A DNA stretch of 64,000 bases from Camelus ferus (Eukaryota): assembly GCF_009834535.1 (NCBI RefSeq), contig NC_045697.1, positions 28,088,001-28,152,000 of the forward strand, in the 5' to 3' direction. Both the position numbers and the translations under genes were made by a program. Position 1 is the stretch's first letter, and every line of letters begins with the position of its first letter. Below are positions 12,616-26,340 of this stretch, one piece after another. Below the pieces are notes generated by a model. It was not told the DNA's origin. It worked only from the letters and a program-made list of their open reading frames with translations, and did no database searches.

Positions 12616-15289
12616 GGGTCTTAGCACACTGCTCCTGCCCCTGGCCTTGGTCTCTCAGTGTGGTCAGCTCATTAAGGACTGTTTCTAGGGATGCATTTCA
12701 AAGCTACTTTTGCATGGTTCTCAAAATCTCTTCTTCAAGATGGTCAGTGCTTTTCATTATTCTCTGATATCCTTAGCAATTCTGTAAAGTGCATCTTATG
12801 CTCTTTAATGAAGTGGAATCATGTTCCCTCTGATCACTGCTTTGTCTCTCTGTTCGTTTTCACCTTTCCTGACCCCCAGGATTCATTTCTCCTTCATCTG
12901 CTCTTTTTACTCTATACACATTTCCCCTTAGGGTTTGTGCGATTTAATAAGCTTTTATTATGCATGGACTACATGCCAGATAGTATGCTCGGGACAAGGC
13001 TCCAAAGAGGAATGAGAGAGTCATCACCTGTGTGCAGATAATGAATAAGATGTAAAATAGATTAATGCCAAGGCAGGCAACAGAAGCCATCATGCTTCCC
13101 AGAGCAAGGAGGGAAATACTAGAGACGCATAACAGCCTGGGGTTGGATGCTATGACGTCGCTCTCTACAGTGATGAGACTCATGTATTGTCTCCGTCTCT
13201 CCATGTTTCCTCTGCCCCCAGTACGTGGCAGCCCCGTGCAGCGCCAGGGTGTTGGTAATCTCCCCTTAGTTCTCTCTTATCGTTTTTGAGGCTGTGAGGC
13301 TCTCCATATCTCTGTGTGGATGTGTGCCACAATACTCACTTTGCGATACGTGAACAACTGGAGAGACATTCTGGAACGTACAGCCGAGGCCGACAGCAGG
13401 CTGCTCTGCTGAAGAGGGCATAGTCACTGCTCTCTTTGAACTACATTTTTTTTTCACTTATGTTAATGCTTCTCTAGAGAACCGTACTGGCACATTTTTT
13501 CCCCTTACATTCTCACTCCTGCCTATAATCCATCATTACAAAAAGAGGCCTTAAAAACAGCCCTCGAGGGAGATATTATTTCCTTCCCATTTCTCCCTCA
13601 GAAAGAGCAACTTATAATGGGAGGGGGAAAAACGCATTTAGGTTAAAAGAATATATATATAAAACAAGAACAAATCTTCTTCTTCCCCTCTTTAAGATGC
13701 CAAGCCTCAAAAAGGCTCTTGGTTTTTAAAAAAGGCCATCACCCCTTGGCCCACTCTGAACATTAATATTATATGCCTGGTAATAAAGCCAGAGGATTTT
13801 TAGTGAGAGCTATTACACGGAAAGGATGGCCCAGACAGATTTCTCTGGTGAATGAAAATCATAGGCTTGTAAATAGAACCTGAGAGGTTAGTCTTGTGGT
13901 TTGCTAGGGCTTTAAATCGGCCGCTCCCCCGCTGACAGGGGTGGACGGGGAGCTACTGACTTTTTCTCAGACGAGGCTGCAGTGCTCAAAATTATGACTT
14001 GAAAAGAGAAAAGATGAGAATTCCAAAGGCAACCAAAAGCCCAGCAGCACCAGGTTAAAGCATGCCTGGGACCTGCGTGTCAGCACGGGTACTGGCCAAG
14101 AGGGGAGCGCAGAGGAAGCGCCATTTTTCTCTCTTTAAAAATGGATTTTGCCATTTGAAACAACCCTCTGATTCTTACCTCATTCACCAAATAAAACTCT
14201 CACTGACCACACAAAATTTCTATCAACTTTCCCCACATTTATCTAGTATCAAGTAATTACTTAGCTAATGCTTATTTTTAGCCATAGGTTAGTCATTTTA
14301 ATGCTAATGCTGAGATTGGAAAGTCTAAATTTTTTTTTTAATTGAGCTTTTTAGGTGCACCCAACCCAGGTTTTCCTCAGGCCAGGGGTCTGAGGACCTC
14401 CTGGTTTAAATAGCTCAGAAAAGTCTCCAAGCACAGGCGCCAGTGAAATGATGTGCAAATCTCTAAGTGGCCACAGATGCAGCTGCAGTGAGGAGCTCAG
14501 GGTTTGTTCCATTTCCTTTCATTTTTGAAACCTGTTTACCCACCAGACTTGAAGCTTCCTTGTCTAAGTTCTCATAAAGTACGAAGGAGCCTGCTCACTG
14601 GCTGTGCGTGGAAGCCGTGGGGCATCAGTCATAATTCTGCGGTTCTCAGAGTCAAGGATATTATTTCTCCCCGATGAAGAAGAGATTTGCCCATGTCACC
14701 TTCTCCCTCTCTTTCTTTTTAATACAATTTGACAACTTGAATTCAGAAGGAGTCTTCACAATTAGAAGAAGGAGATCGACCCACAGCATCTGTGCTAACA
14801 GCCCCCTTAGCTGCTCTAATTAGATTCCCTTATTCCATTTCTAGTTCTCAAGAGAGGACAGGGGACTTTTTAATTGGGGCTATTAGATGTTCTCTTTGTG
14901 CAATGACACCCTCGGCTAAGTGAAGGCTCTAGCAAAGAGCTGTGCCCACTCTGCAATTACTTCTTGCAATTCTGAGGAATAATGGTATCTTGTCTCATTT
15001 AAAAATAAACCTGAGGCTTATTCCTTATTGCTTTCTCCCCTCTGCCTACTCACATATACTTCTTCTTGCCAATTAAGCAAACTTTCCATTACTTAAGGAG
15101 GTAGTTTTGATCGTAACTGTCCCTTGATAATAAGACATACTACACTAGATTTCATTTGCTCACAGCTCCTTTCTTCCAGATACAAGACTAATTTAAATGA
15201 GCTCAGATCATTTGATTCTCTGTTTAGAGTGAAAGGGTGGAGAGTTGGGATTCCAGAGCGGTGCTTTTTTTGCATGTCACTGAACTCAC

Positions 15290-15373
15290 CTGAAATAACC
15301 CGCACGTTCAGGGTTCGAAGTTTCTCAGAATCACTTCCTCTTAAGAGAACAGATGTAGATTTGTATTTATGAC
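15290..15373 (-). CDS. TMEM156: TMEM156 coding exon 5 (84 nt): (S)HKYKSTSVLLRGSDSEKLRTLNVRVIS
   Basis: Acceptor ttcttggaatag at 15374/15373 and donor CAG|GTGAGT at 15290/15289. Matches the recalled human motif TSVLLRGSDSEKLR. Confidence 0.95.
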
Positions 15374-16633
15374 CTATTCCAAGAAAATAAATTAAATATT
15401 TAGATGATAAGCTTGCACATTCTTAACATGTATTCCCCATGTTGTTTCAAAGGATTACCAAGGAAAATGGGCCATTCACACCAGAGCCCGGAGTAGCAGG
15501 ACATTAAGAGCTTTTCCCTATTAAGTTATTTTCCATTAATAAATAGGTTCTTTCTAAAACCAGTGGCTTCTCCACTGCTATAAATGCCATGATGCATCTC
15601 CTCTTATATGCACAATATTATTTATATTATTATATATAATAGGTATGATATACAGAATATTTGATGTATATTTAATATTTAATAATGTTTACTGTCCTAA
15701 GTGGCAGGATATTTCTCACTACTTCATATGCTTGGATTCATAAGGTCAGCCTTTGAAAGCCACTAAGCCTGCCATTTGGGTAGATGTTCCTAAAAACTGA
15801 ATGTCACTCCCCACTATGGGTTTCTTTCTAGACATTTTTTTCTATCTGGCTTCCATCTCTCCTAATATGTAATCATTTATAGATAAAGGGATCAAAAAAA
15901 TTCAAAACTATGTACTAATTGCAAATGACACACACTTATTTCAAATAATATAATTTTCAAAATGAGAAAGACCCTGGGTCTTAATTCTGAAATTTTATAA
16001 GCTGTATAACTTCGGACAAAACAATCCCTCTGAGGCTCGGGGGTTTTTTATCTATAAAATAAAAGTAATAGCACATACCCAGAAACAGAGAATGTTTATT
16101 CTACAAATATACAATGCTGATGATGTTAGTAACCAATTCATTTAGACCCTTATATACTAAAGTACCAATGATAAGACTTGATAGGAAACTTCTCAGAAAG
16201 ATCTCCAACAAAGGCTTAGCCAAAAGAATGAATGATAGTTTGATTCCAACCTAGAGGCAACCATTTGTTCTGCCCACCGAAAGGACTAACACAGCCTCGC
16301 CTGGTAAAGAACATAGGAGCCTTGGGAAATACTGCACCCACCCAGCACAATGCTACTATCCTTTATTGAAAACTACTGGGCACTGGGATAAATTTCTTAT
16401 ATAATCTCTTTAGTTCAATCCTTACCTCAACCCTATGTGGAAATGATGATTATTATTGTTTTACGAAGGAGAAAAGGGACACTCAAACATGGTAACTTGC
16501 TAGTAGTGACAGTACTAGAATTCTAACCCAAGTCTACTTGTCTTCAAAGGCTATTCTCATAATGATACATTTAATACTGTCTTTAAGAGATCAACCTCTC
16601 ATACTATAAACTGTCCATCAGGTCTCGCATTCA

Positions 16634-16765
16634 GCCAGTATATGCATTGGTACATAACACTGGAGCCAGTCTGCCCATAGGTACACACCAGAGGGGCATG
16701 TCTACATGCTTACCCACCAGTAGGGCCAGTATGCACAGGGGTACATGCCACAGGGCCACACCAGG
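16634..16765. repeat. Degenerate ~30-bp minisatellite, about 4.4 copies
   Basis: Units beginning gccagt/ggcatg/gccaca recur at about 16634, 16665, 16695, 16725 and 16755. Confidence 0.65.
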
Positions 16766-17330
16766 AGTTGACAGTCACTGTCCATTCTGATAGGTGCCTA
16801 TATCATACTAGTTGTTAATTCTTTTTGAGTATCATTTTTACTGTCCTGATTTCCAACTACACATTTGAGCTCTTCATAGTCAAAAATCTAAAAAGTGTCA
16901 CTTCCACACTTATCAAAGATTGACTTCTGCTCACACTCATCACCTAGGACCACTCTGCTCAAGATCTCCAACTCTGAAATTCTTTATCACCACTCCCTAT
17001 TTTTCTGCCTCTCTTCTGCCTTCACTTCCACCAAGCTCCTGCTCAACCTCCAGTCCGTCAACTTCTTCCAATTCACCCAGCCTTTCTTCCCCTCTTACTC
17101 ACTTGTCTGGGCAGGAGAAAGACACACCAAGCTCCTTGAGAGCTGGCACTGTGTCTTACTTATGTTTATGTTCCTTGGGCTTCCTAGAATCACCACCTAC
17201 ACACAGTAGGTGCTCAGTAAATGGTAAATTGAACTTAAAAAAAAGATAAGTGGAATCTATACATAAGATTAGGAGTTCCTTGACATTAGATGAATTATCC
17301 CAAATGATGGATTTATTTCTCAATACTTAC

Positions 17331-17450
17331 TTTGCCACTTCTTCACTCTCCTGTGGCCTTCAAGTATTTTGTGGATAATGAGGATGAACAAAAATATAAA
17401 AACTAATAGAACTAGAACATACCAAGTGATCTTCATGGAACAAATAAAAC
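17331..17450 (-). CDS. TMEM156: TMEM156 coding exon 4 (120 nt), transmembrane helix: (S)FICSMKITWYVLVLLVFIFLFILIIHKILEGHRRVKKWQ
   Basis: Acceptor ttctttgcag at 17451/17450 and donor A|GTAAGT at 17331/17330. Hydrophobic run followed by basic residues; phase 1-1. Confidence 0.96.
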
Positions 17451-19263
17451 CTGCAAAGAAAAATGTACTATAAAAATGCAGTAAAATAATGCAGCAGATA
17501 AGAGGCTATATGGTGGGTGGTGCAGCTGGATTCTACTATATATTCTGCCCTTAACTGAAAAGTTGAATATCTAACCATCACTGTTACAGGGTCACTTGCT
17601 CTCCTGAATTCTTTCCTAATGTATTTAAGGAAGAAACTTGACCAAGTGGCATCCAGGGATCTGTTTGGTTTCAAAATTCTAAGGTTAATTTCACTTACAG
17701 GTCATGTTGGTGTTAGTTTCACCATCATCACAATCACTAGGTCAAGACTGCAATAAGCAGAGTACCATAATCAAAGCCATTTGTGATTAACAATTTGGCC
17801 CTGGGTCAAGCAGCCAAAAAATGTGCCCTCAAGTCAACAAAGATGCAGTAAGATGAGAATGGGGAAGAAAGTGTAAGACAGAAAAAGAAAGAGGCTGGAT
17901 TGAGGCATAGAAGAGGCCAGGGTAGACGATTAATCAGACCTCCTTTCTACAGGGGCTCTCATGGCCATGATCAGGTCAAGTGCATGCATTAGTTAAACAT
18001 ACAGTTACCCTAGCCTAAATTTAGTAAGGATACAGGTAAAAAATTGTTCATTCAAATGACAGGCAATGTGGAAGGATAGTCACCATCCAGCAACAGCTTA
18101 ACACGGTCTCCTTTGATCCCATAAAGACACACTGGCCAGCAGACCCAGGAATCAGTGACTTAAACGAGGTTGTCTTCCTGTCCAAAACACAACTGTCTAC
18201 TGATTTTCTAAGCCACCCTAAGTACCTGCTTCCCTGCATGCAAAACACAGCTAGTAATTATTCAGCTTAGCAGGATATATAACTTGCTTATAACCCTTGG
18301 ATAACTGCTCTTGTGGGACTCATGGTCTGGGTATCCCATTCACAGGCACCACAATCCATAGACAGATTCAGTCACCTGCCTCATTAAAGAGGCAGTCAAC
18401 ATTTATTTAGAGAGGAGGCTGCATGGAGAAAGTGCAGGTTGACTGGAATGGCAGCATGCAGCCTCCCCAGCTGTGACAGCACCTCCTATCACAGTGATTG
18501 CACTTGTTTGATTGTTTTACATTCATCTATCTCTGTGACCCCAATGCCTAGCACACTGCTTGGCATACAGCAGGCACTCATTAAATGGTTATATGATAAA
18601 ATGCTCTTCAAGAGTAGGGTTTATGGGTGAAGGAAGGGCACCCTGCTTAGTAGTGGGGATCAATTGTGTTAATTCAGAATAGAGTGACCAGGAAGCTAAT
18701 CAACCTTAAACAGGGTTAAGAAATACGTAAGCTTTCTCTTTCAGACTCCTGCCTTTCCTTTATTTAGAGTCATCCAGTGACCCAAAATGCCTAACCTATA
18801 CCCCACCTATCTTCACAGCAGTACCTCAAAAATCTCCTTAATTCAGGTATCTTTCTCAGCTGTAAAAGAAGACATGTTAAATCAATTCAAAAGTTAAGAG
18901 CACATCACAATGTACATGTATATTTACATTTAAAAAGAAATCTCACCCTTTAATACATGAGTGTGATAGTGTTACTTCAAGCACAGCGGACAGGTATTCC
19001 CAGAAGTTATTCTGGAGCAGAGGGTCTTTCTAGTGCCCCTCAAATCGCAACCCACAGAAGCCTCCTGGAAGCTAGGCTCCACAGAAAGCACATTTTGAAA
19101 GAAAAATAAACAGTTAAAAGGGCTGACATTCTTTCCAGCCTTGTTATCTCATCAGTAAAATTCTTCAACTATTTGACTTTCAGTGAAGTTAATGTGGTAG
19201 CCCTTACTTAATTTTGTGTCTGTATCAGATTCTCTTTTTCCCTTTAATTTCCTTAAAACTTAC

Positions 19264-19524
19264 TTTTTACATCCATTTCTAAGTACAAAGAAATGTTAAT
19301 ACAATTATTTGGGTGTTCCATAATTCTACAGGCGTGGTTTATGGACGTTTCCTTGGTGGGGTCTTCCTCTTTGGTGGCTGACCTTCTAGTGCGGGTTTTT
19401 AGGTTGCAGGTGCTGTTATATTCCTCCAAGCGGTCAACTGAAGGCATTACAGTGAAGTTAAAACGTTGACAAGGTGAGTGAAGATCATTTGCCTTCACTT
19501 GCATTGATCCTTTCATGATGAGAA
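19264..19524 (-). CDS. TMEM156: TMEM156 coding exon 3 (261 nt): (V)LIMKGSMQVKANDLHSPCQRFNF...LYLEMDVK
   Basis: Acceptor tctttctag at 19525/19524 and donor A|GTAAGT at 19264/19263. Overlaps track ORF 19253..19516; phase 1-1. Confidence 0.96.
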
Positions 19525-19834
19525 CTAGAAAGAGATTAAGGAAATGCTATTTACAAAACAGTACTTCACAGTAAGAAAACAGATACAACTCAAAATTAAA
19601 TCTCCTCCTTCCTATACAAAAAAAAAAAAAAAAGGAACAAGAAGTTATCAGCTTCTAAAAGTATCAGTTACTAAAAGTAACAAAGTGCTTACATTTTTTA
19701 AGAGTGTGAAAACCTGCTAACAGTAGGGTTGAAATAGAATTGGAGCATCTCAAAGAAAAAAAACAATTCCCTGATGACTTGTGGGACACACTGTATTTTC
19801 CAAAATGGTCACAACAATGTTTCCCACCCCACAG

Positions 19835-20263
19835 TGCACTAGTTTGCTAGGGTTGTCATAACAAAGCGCCATAAACTGAGTATCTTAAACAGCAGAAATT
19901 TATTGTCTCACAGTTCTAGAGGCTAGACTTTCAAGGCTGCTTCCTTCCCAGGGCTGTGAGGGAGGGTCTGCTCCATGCTTCTCCTTTGGCTCCTGATGGT
20001 TTGTTGGCAGTCTTTGGTGTTCCTTGTCTTGCAGAAGCACCATCCTGATCTCTGTTTTCATCTTCACATGGCATTCTCCCTACGTGTGTGTGTGTCTGTA
20101 TCCGAATTTTCACTTTTTATAAGGATGTCAGTCATACTGAAGTAGGGCCCACCCAAATGACCTTATCCTAGCTTAACTGCCTATATCTACAACTCTATTT
20201 CCAAATAATGTCACATTCTGAGATACTGGGGGTTAGAACTTCAATATAATTCAACCTATAACA
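19835..20263 (-). mobile_element. MaLR LTR (MLT1A-C-like), nested
   Basis: tgcactagtttgctagggttgtcataacaaag...cttaaacagcagaaatttattgtctcacagttctagaggct...ttcaacctataaca. Confidence 0.82.
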
Positions 20264-20700
20264 CATGTTAGCCTAAAACTTCACCACTCCACCGTAAATA
20301 GATAGAGTCTAATATCTTTCCCCTTGAATCTGGGTGGAAGGAGTTACTTGCTTGTAACCAGTGAAATGCAGAGGAAATGACATTATATGATAAGGCCAGA
20401 AAAGGTGAAGCAACTTCTACTTTGATCTTTGCATCACTAATATTGGAGCCTTGAACCATTAAGTAACAGTTCGACAACTTAAGGCTGCCCTGCTGTGAGG
20501 AAGCCCAAAGTAGCCCAAGTAGAAAGACCACATAGAAAAATTCTGAGATGACATGAAGACAGAGAAATGCCCACCTGCCTCTAGCTGCTCCAGCCCCACT
20601 TCTGTCTTAGCTCGTCACTGTCTGACTCCCGCAGCACGAAATGCTTCAAGGCAGAAATGCCCAGTTATGCCCACTCTGAATCCCGGACCCAACAGGTAAG

Positions 20701-20897
20701 GAAGGAAGGAGAAAGAGAGTGGGGGGAGAGAGGGAGAGAGAGACAGAGAGACAGAAAAAGAAAGAGAGAAAGAAAGAGAGACAGAAAAAGAAAGAGAGAA
20801 AGAAAGAAAGAGAGAAAGAGAGAAAGAAAGAAAGAGAAAGAGAGAAAGAAGAAAGAGAGAAAGAGAGAAAGAGAGAAAGAGAGAAAGAGAGAAAGAG

Positions 20898-20944
<47 letters not shown>

Positions 20945-21025
20945 AGAAGAAAGAACAAAAGAACGAAGGAAAGAATGAACGAATGAAAGAGGGGAGGGAG
21001 GGAAGGAGGGAAGGTAAGAAGGAAG
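20701..21025. repeat. Compound (GAAA)n/(GAGAAA)n/(GGAA)n polypurine tract
   Basis: Directly visible tract of about 325 bp that is almost all A and G. Confidence 0.97.
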
Positions 21026-22127
21026 GATTGCTGTGGTTAAGGTCACTGAGTTTTGGGATGATTGTGACACAGCCATAGCAACTGGAATAACTTATCAATG
21101 TTTTACTTTTCAAGGAGGCAGAGAAGTAGCACCTGTGAGCTGCCAGTTCTTAAAACACTTCCTAGTTCTCTATCATAATAAAGGTATTTTCCCAAATTGT
21201 TTTCTGATTAATTTGACCCTACAACAGTTACAGCACTACGTGAATAAGAACACAGAAAAAGACATATCTATCTTACTTCATCCACAGCCAATGCCAAGAA
21301 ATCTTGTTCCCATCCTGAAAGAATGGGAAAAAATGCCAGTATGAAATAATATAGGAAGTGATCCCACTAAATAGGTATAAGCAATGAATTTGATGCTTGG
21401 GCTTGAGGCCACCAGTATATTTTATGACTGTAAATTAATTATTTTAATTCTCAATGATCCAAATTGATTTGATTTAATTAAATAATATATATTTGTCTCA
21501 TAATAAATGCAAGGTTCAGTTAGACATTACAGAAAATACATAGTCAAATTTTTATTTGTTCATTCAATCATTAAGCAGGTATTTTTCAAATGCCTCATGT
21601 AGACACTATTCAAGATCTTAAAATGTCATAGGGAACAAAGACAAAGTTCCTGCCATCAAGAAGCTCACTGGATCATTAAACAAGTAAAAAGACAATTTAT
21701 AGATAATGGATGAATGTTAGGCAGGAGTAGGTACAAAGAATAGGTACAAATGCATCGAGGATTCAATGACTCCTTGGGGAATCAAAGTGTGATTTTACTA
21801 TGAGAACCTACAAGTTTACTTAGAATTTTATTTCAATACCTTTGAAGACAGCATGCTAAACTATCCTTTACCCATCAAATGTAGGTGGATTACAGTGGCA
21901 TTTTGATGTATTTTCAGCATAGATATTTTCTTTTCAATAAATCAAAGTAAACCAAGAACAAGTTAATATACAAAGCCTGCAAGTCATTCAGCGAGCACCA
22001 CGCCACTGAGTGCTCCAATGCAACTGGACTTAACGTTGGGATATATTGTCAATACTTCTTGTTTTTTTAACAGAATAAGGTTATTTATCCTTGATAAATT
22101 TTCTTCTCATTCTTCTTTTGTATTTAC

Positions 22128-22397
22128 CTTTTGATGTTTGTTCCTGAGACATAAAATCCGTGTTTCCTTTGGACTCACAAGCCAAACACAAGGAGCACAT
22201 TTTAAATTCACTTGCGATGTCTTGGCAAATCCTGGTGATGTTTTGAAAGCTGGAGTGATTTAGAAACATTCCCATAATAGTCTGAGTTTCTCTTCTTGGT
22301 TGCAGAAAAGTCACGAAAGGAGAATTTAAAGAGGAGAATGAATAGGTGAAATTGGGTTGTAAGCACACTTCCAAACATGATAGCTCCAATACGTTTC
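22128..22397 (-). CDS. TMEM156: TMEM156 coding exon 2 (270 nt): (G)NVLELSCLEVCLQPNFTYSF...DFMSQEQTSK
   Basis: Acceptor ttttatag|G at 22398/22397 and donor AAG|GTAAAT at 22128/22127. Overlaps track ORF 22081..22389. Cys-rich with N-glycosylation sequons; phase 1-1. Confidence 0.96.
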
Positions 22398-22787
22398 CTA
22401 TAAAAGGAAAAAAAAAAAAGCTTTCTTTACTGTAAAATTTTCAGTTTTTGGCATTCAAGTAAATACACAATAAGCTCTCGGTGTTTCTTAGGCAGATTCA
22501 GTGTACTTCAGTTTATCAGTGACAAAACTTTCTTTTTATGTGAATTAGCAATATCTACTCCATTTAAATATTTCTTTTCAAACTTTGTCAACATTCCCTA
22601 TTAATTTTCAGAGAAGAGAAGTACTCGCTGAGAAGTTCTCAGAAACCCCAGCATTTGAACCATTCTCTCTTTTGGGTAAGTTTTAATGAACAAACCTTAG
22701 GTCCCTCTGAATCCATCTGTTCTGAAATAGAAGTTCAAGCCAATTGCATGGAGTTGAACAGGGAATGGAAAACTTGCACAGTATCTC

Positions 22788-23272
22788 TGTGTTAGTTTCT
22801 GAGGGCTGCTATAGCAAATTACTACGATCTCAGTGACTTAAAACAAGAGAAATGTATTCTTTTACAGTTCTGAAGGCCAGAAGTTCAATGCCAGTTTTAC
22901 TGGTCTGAAACCTAGATGTCCACAGAACCACACTCCCTCTGAAGAATCTGTTCCTTGCCCCTCTTTCAACTATTGGTGGCTGCTGGAATCCCTTGGCTTG
23001 TGACCCCATCACTACAATCTCTGCTTCCATGGTCACATTGCCATCTCCTCTGTGTCTCTACTGTCTCTGTCTTCTACTCTGCTGTCTGTGTCAAATCTCC
23101 TTCTGCCTCTCTCTTATAATGACAATTGTGATTGGATTTAAATCCCACCTGGATTAGGCAGGATAATCTCAAGATCCTTAACTTAATCCATCTGTAGAGA
23201 CACTTTTCCCTTATAAGGTAACCATTATGGGTTCCAGGGATTAGCACCTTTGGGTGACCGTTATTCAACCTA
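22788..23272 (-). mobile_element. MaLR LTR (MLT1-like)
   Basis: tgttagtttctgagggctgctatagcaaattactac...gacttaaaacaagagaaatgtattc...ttattcaacctac. Confidence 0.8.
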
Positions 23273-23947
23273 CCTGAACCTCCAAAGATGAAACTTAACA
23301 GGATGACATCATAATGTTTATTTTTGTCTGAAGCCAAAGATCAAATATGGAAATAATGGTATAATAGAAAGCACACTGAGTTCAAAACAAAAGACAAAGA
23401 CTTTAATTGCTCAATTTGTTACTAGCCAAGATACTTGAACAATTTAGTCTCCACAAATCTCATTTTTTCACTAGCAAAATAGAGATAACAGCTAGATCCT
23501 GCTAACCTCGTGGGGTTGTGGTAGCATCAAGTGGTGCAGTACAGATGCAAACCCTTTTGAAAATTGTTCAAATGTGTATTATTAAAATGCAAACCCATAT
23601 TCCAAAGTAAAAATCAAAAATTCATCCTTTATTTAAGATAGAATTATCTATGATTTAATCTACACAAGTAATTAAAGCTCACTACATAAAAGTTGGGAAT
23701 CCCTTTGTAGCAGTAGTGATGAACTTAGGAACAGGTAACCTCTCTCTCAGACAGTCTCAGTCTTACAGTCATTTACTAGGATGAGAAAAATTACTGACAA
23801 ACTCAGTTCCACCTTTATGTAGCTTTCTTCAGTATTTCTCATGTAATCATATGGACAAAATATATTTTTAAAATTTTCTAAATAATGTGGAGCACAATGA
23901 AAGAACTACTTGATTTTTAAGAACAATTATTCCTACTTACACATCTT

Positions 23948-24183
23948 TTTTTTTTTTTTGAAAAGTAGTCAGTTTACAATGTTGTGTCAGTTTCTGGTGT
24001 ACAGCATAATGTTTCAGTGATACATGAACATATATATATTCCCTTTCATATTCTTTTTCATTATAAGTTACTACAAGATATTGAATATAGTTCCCTGTGC
24101 TATACAGTGGAAACTTGTTGTTTATCTATTTTATATAGTAGTTAGTATTTTCAAATCCTGAACTCCCAATTTATCTCTTCCCA
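23948..24183 (-). mobile_element. 5'-truncated L1 3' end (same family as 703-987)
   Basis: Poly-T followed by reverse-complement L1 3' UTR. Degenerate 17-bp TSD: tcctacttacacatctt (23931-23947) and tcctactcatacatctt (24184-24200). Confidence 0.85.
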
Positions 24184-25734
24184 TCCTACTCATACATCTT
24201 GATTCAAACTTAAAAGAAAATCAAGCTACTGATTGATATTAAGGTACTTTTTTTACTACTGGAATTTGTACTTTGATAGTAATTCCATAAGTGTTTTATT
24301 GCTGGTGATTATATTTTTATTATTTTTATAAATTAAAGTCTCATTTGCCAGCCCTCTACACTTGAAATTGCTTCTGTAATAATTCACATGTGATTTATGT
24401 CTATAGATATAAATCTATAAACACATTTTATCCCTGAGTTGCTATAAAGGTTCTGGGATGTGGAGATTGTATTTTATACAAATACACATTTTTTTAATGT
24501 CTCAATATATTTGTAAACAAAGTTGTAATCAAGTTGTAACTAATTTTTTAAAAGAATGTCTTCAATGATAACGTCCCAAGAAGAAGATAGGAATGCACCA
24601 TCTGATGAAACTATAATCTATAGCTTTTGATATTACTAAAACACATGAAAAACTTATTTCTTGCCATCTTTCCATTTTCCTCACTAGCATTTTTCATCTT
24701 ACGAAATTTTCAACCTCTTGAATTTATATTGCTATGATGTGACCTAGAAGGGAGATAGAGAAATCTTTACTGTCCAGATTGCTGTCCTCTTATCCAGTAA
24801 GTGACAAACCGGGCTTTCTAGAATTGATGATATATCCTTCATATTTGGCTATAAGGGCACTTTATGATGGTTTTTAAACCTTAATTTTAAATAATTCAAT
24901 TAGGAAAGAAATAGAGGACACATCCTTCCCTGGATATAATTTTAAGAAATAAATGACTTCTGCTCAGTCACTTTTGTTATCAGGTGGGCTACAGTCTCAT
25001 CTTCATAAATAAGGATTTATGAATTTCACTACTGCCATTAATATTGCCAAGAGTCAGACATCTAAATTTTCACTCCCAGAGATAGAAATGCATTCCAGAG
25101 TCACTCCAGCACCAAGACTGCAGTCTCTCAAAGTATACAGACTACTAAATAGAATTAGGAAAATAAGTTACCGTATAGGACAAATGCCCATGTCAATTAT
25201 CTCTTCTTTTTAAAGAAAAGCAAAGAGTGAGGCTAAATAAACATTTACTATCTTTATTTTCTTTTTACCTTTTATTGTAAACATATATCATATATAAGCA
25301 TATATAAAATATATTGTGCCTGTTAAAGAGTAAACAAATAAACACACACCCATGTATCTACACACAGCTGAAGAAGCAGAATATTAGCAACATCTTTGGA
25401 ACGCCTTAACCCTCTCCAGCCCTGCACACTCCTTCTTTCCCAGAGGTTGAACACTACCGTGAATTTTGTGTTTATCAATCCTCAGAGTCTTCACAAAATG
25501 TATATATTCCTAAATAGCATTATTTCATTAACATAATGCATACATTTATGGACTATATTGTATGTATTAATCTTTGACTTGCTTTTTTGCTTATTAGTGT
25601 CGCTGCATATAGCTGTAGTTAATTATTTATGGTCTTCTTTTGAATGAATATACCACAATTTATTTATTCTTCTGACAGTAAAAATTTAGGATGTTTCTAT
25701 TTTTGTTGTTCTGGATATTATTGCTATGAACTAT

Positions 25735-26340
25735 ACTCTTACACATTGTTGGTAGAAATATAAAATAGTACAACCACTCTAGGAAACATTTTAATTTTCT
25801 TTAAGTTAAATATATATCTAGCATATGACCCAACAATTCTACTCCTAGGATTTTACAAAAAAGAAGTAAAAAAGATATGTCCACACAAATACCTGTATTT
25901 TCATGGCAGTTTTAAAATTTATCATAGCCAAGAACTGGAAACAACCCAAAAGTCCAACAATTAGTGAATAAACAAACAATTCCTGACATATTCATATAAT
26001 GGAGCACCACTCAACAACAAAAATGAGGAAACTGCTGTTACAAATAACGACATGGGATGAATTTCAAATGCATTATGTCAAGAGAAAGCAGCCAGGCACA
26101 AGTGACTACATACTATGTGGTTCCATTTATATGAAATCCTAAGAAATGGAAAACTATACTGATAGCTGGTTCTTCTGCAAAGGAGAAAGGGGGACATTTG
26201 CGAGGTACTGGCAAGTCTTATATATTGATCGTGCCGGTAGTTACATCGCTGTTAACATTTGTCAAACCTTGAACTTTATACTTAAAAGCAGTAGCATTTT
26301 ATTGTATGTAAATTATACCTCAATAAAGCTTACTTTTGAA
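25735..26340 (+). mobile_element. L1M 3' fragment nested in opposite orientation in the older L1
   Basis: catatgacccaacaattctactcctagg...gtatgtaaattatacctcaataaag, typical of an L1MB/MC-type 3' end. Confidence 0.7.

Larger units (their letters stand above)
19781..21090 (+). mobile_element. MLT1-type LTR interrupted by a second MLT1 and a purine microsatellite
   Basis: Starts tgtgg... at 19781 and ends with the MLT-type gtcactgagttttgggatgattgtgacacagccatagcaactggaata. Confidence 0.6.

Noticed and set aside
11868..13041. Cluster of 99-161 aa ORFs
   Set aside because: They overlap an LTR16-like relic and MIR/L2 fragments, with no recognisable domain or exon structure.
15093..15305. 70-aa ORF overlapping exon 5
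   Set aside because: Only the first few codons are exonic. The rest is read-through past the strong donor at 15290, and I see no support for intron retention.
20615..21113. Five overlapping 97-155 aa ORFs rich in F/S/L or K/E/R
   Set aside because: They are translations of the purine microsatellite, not genes.
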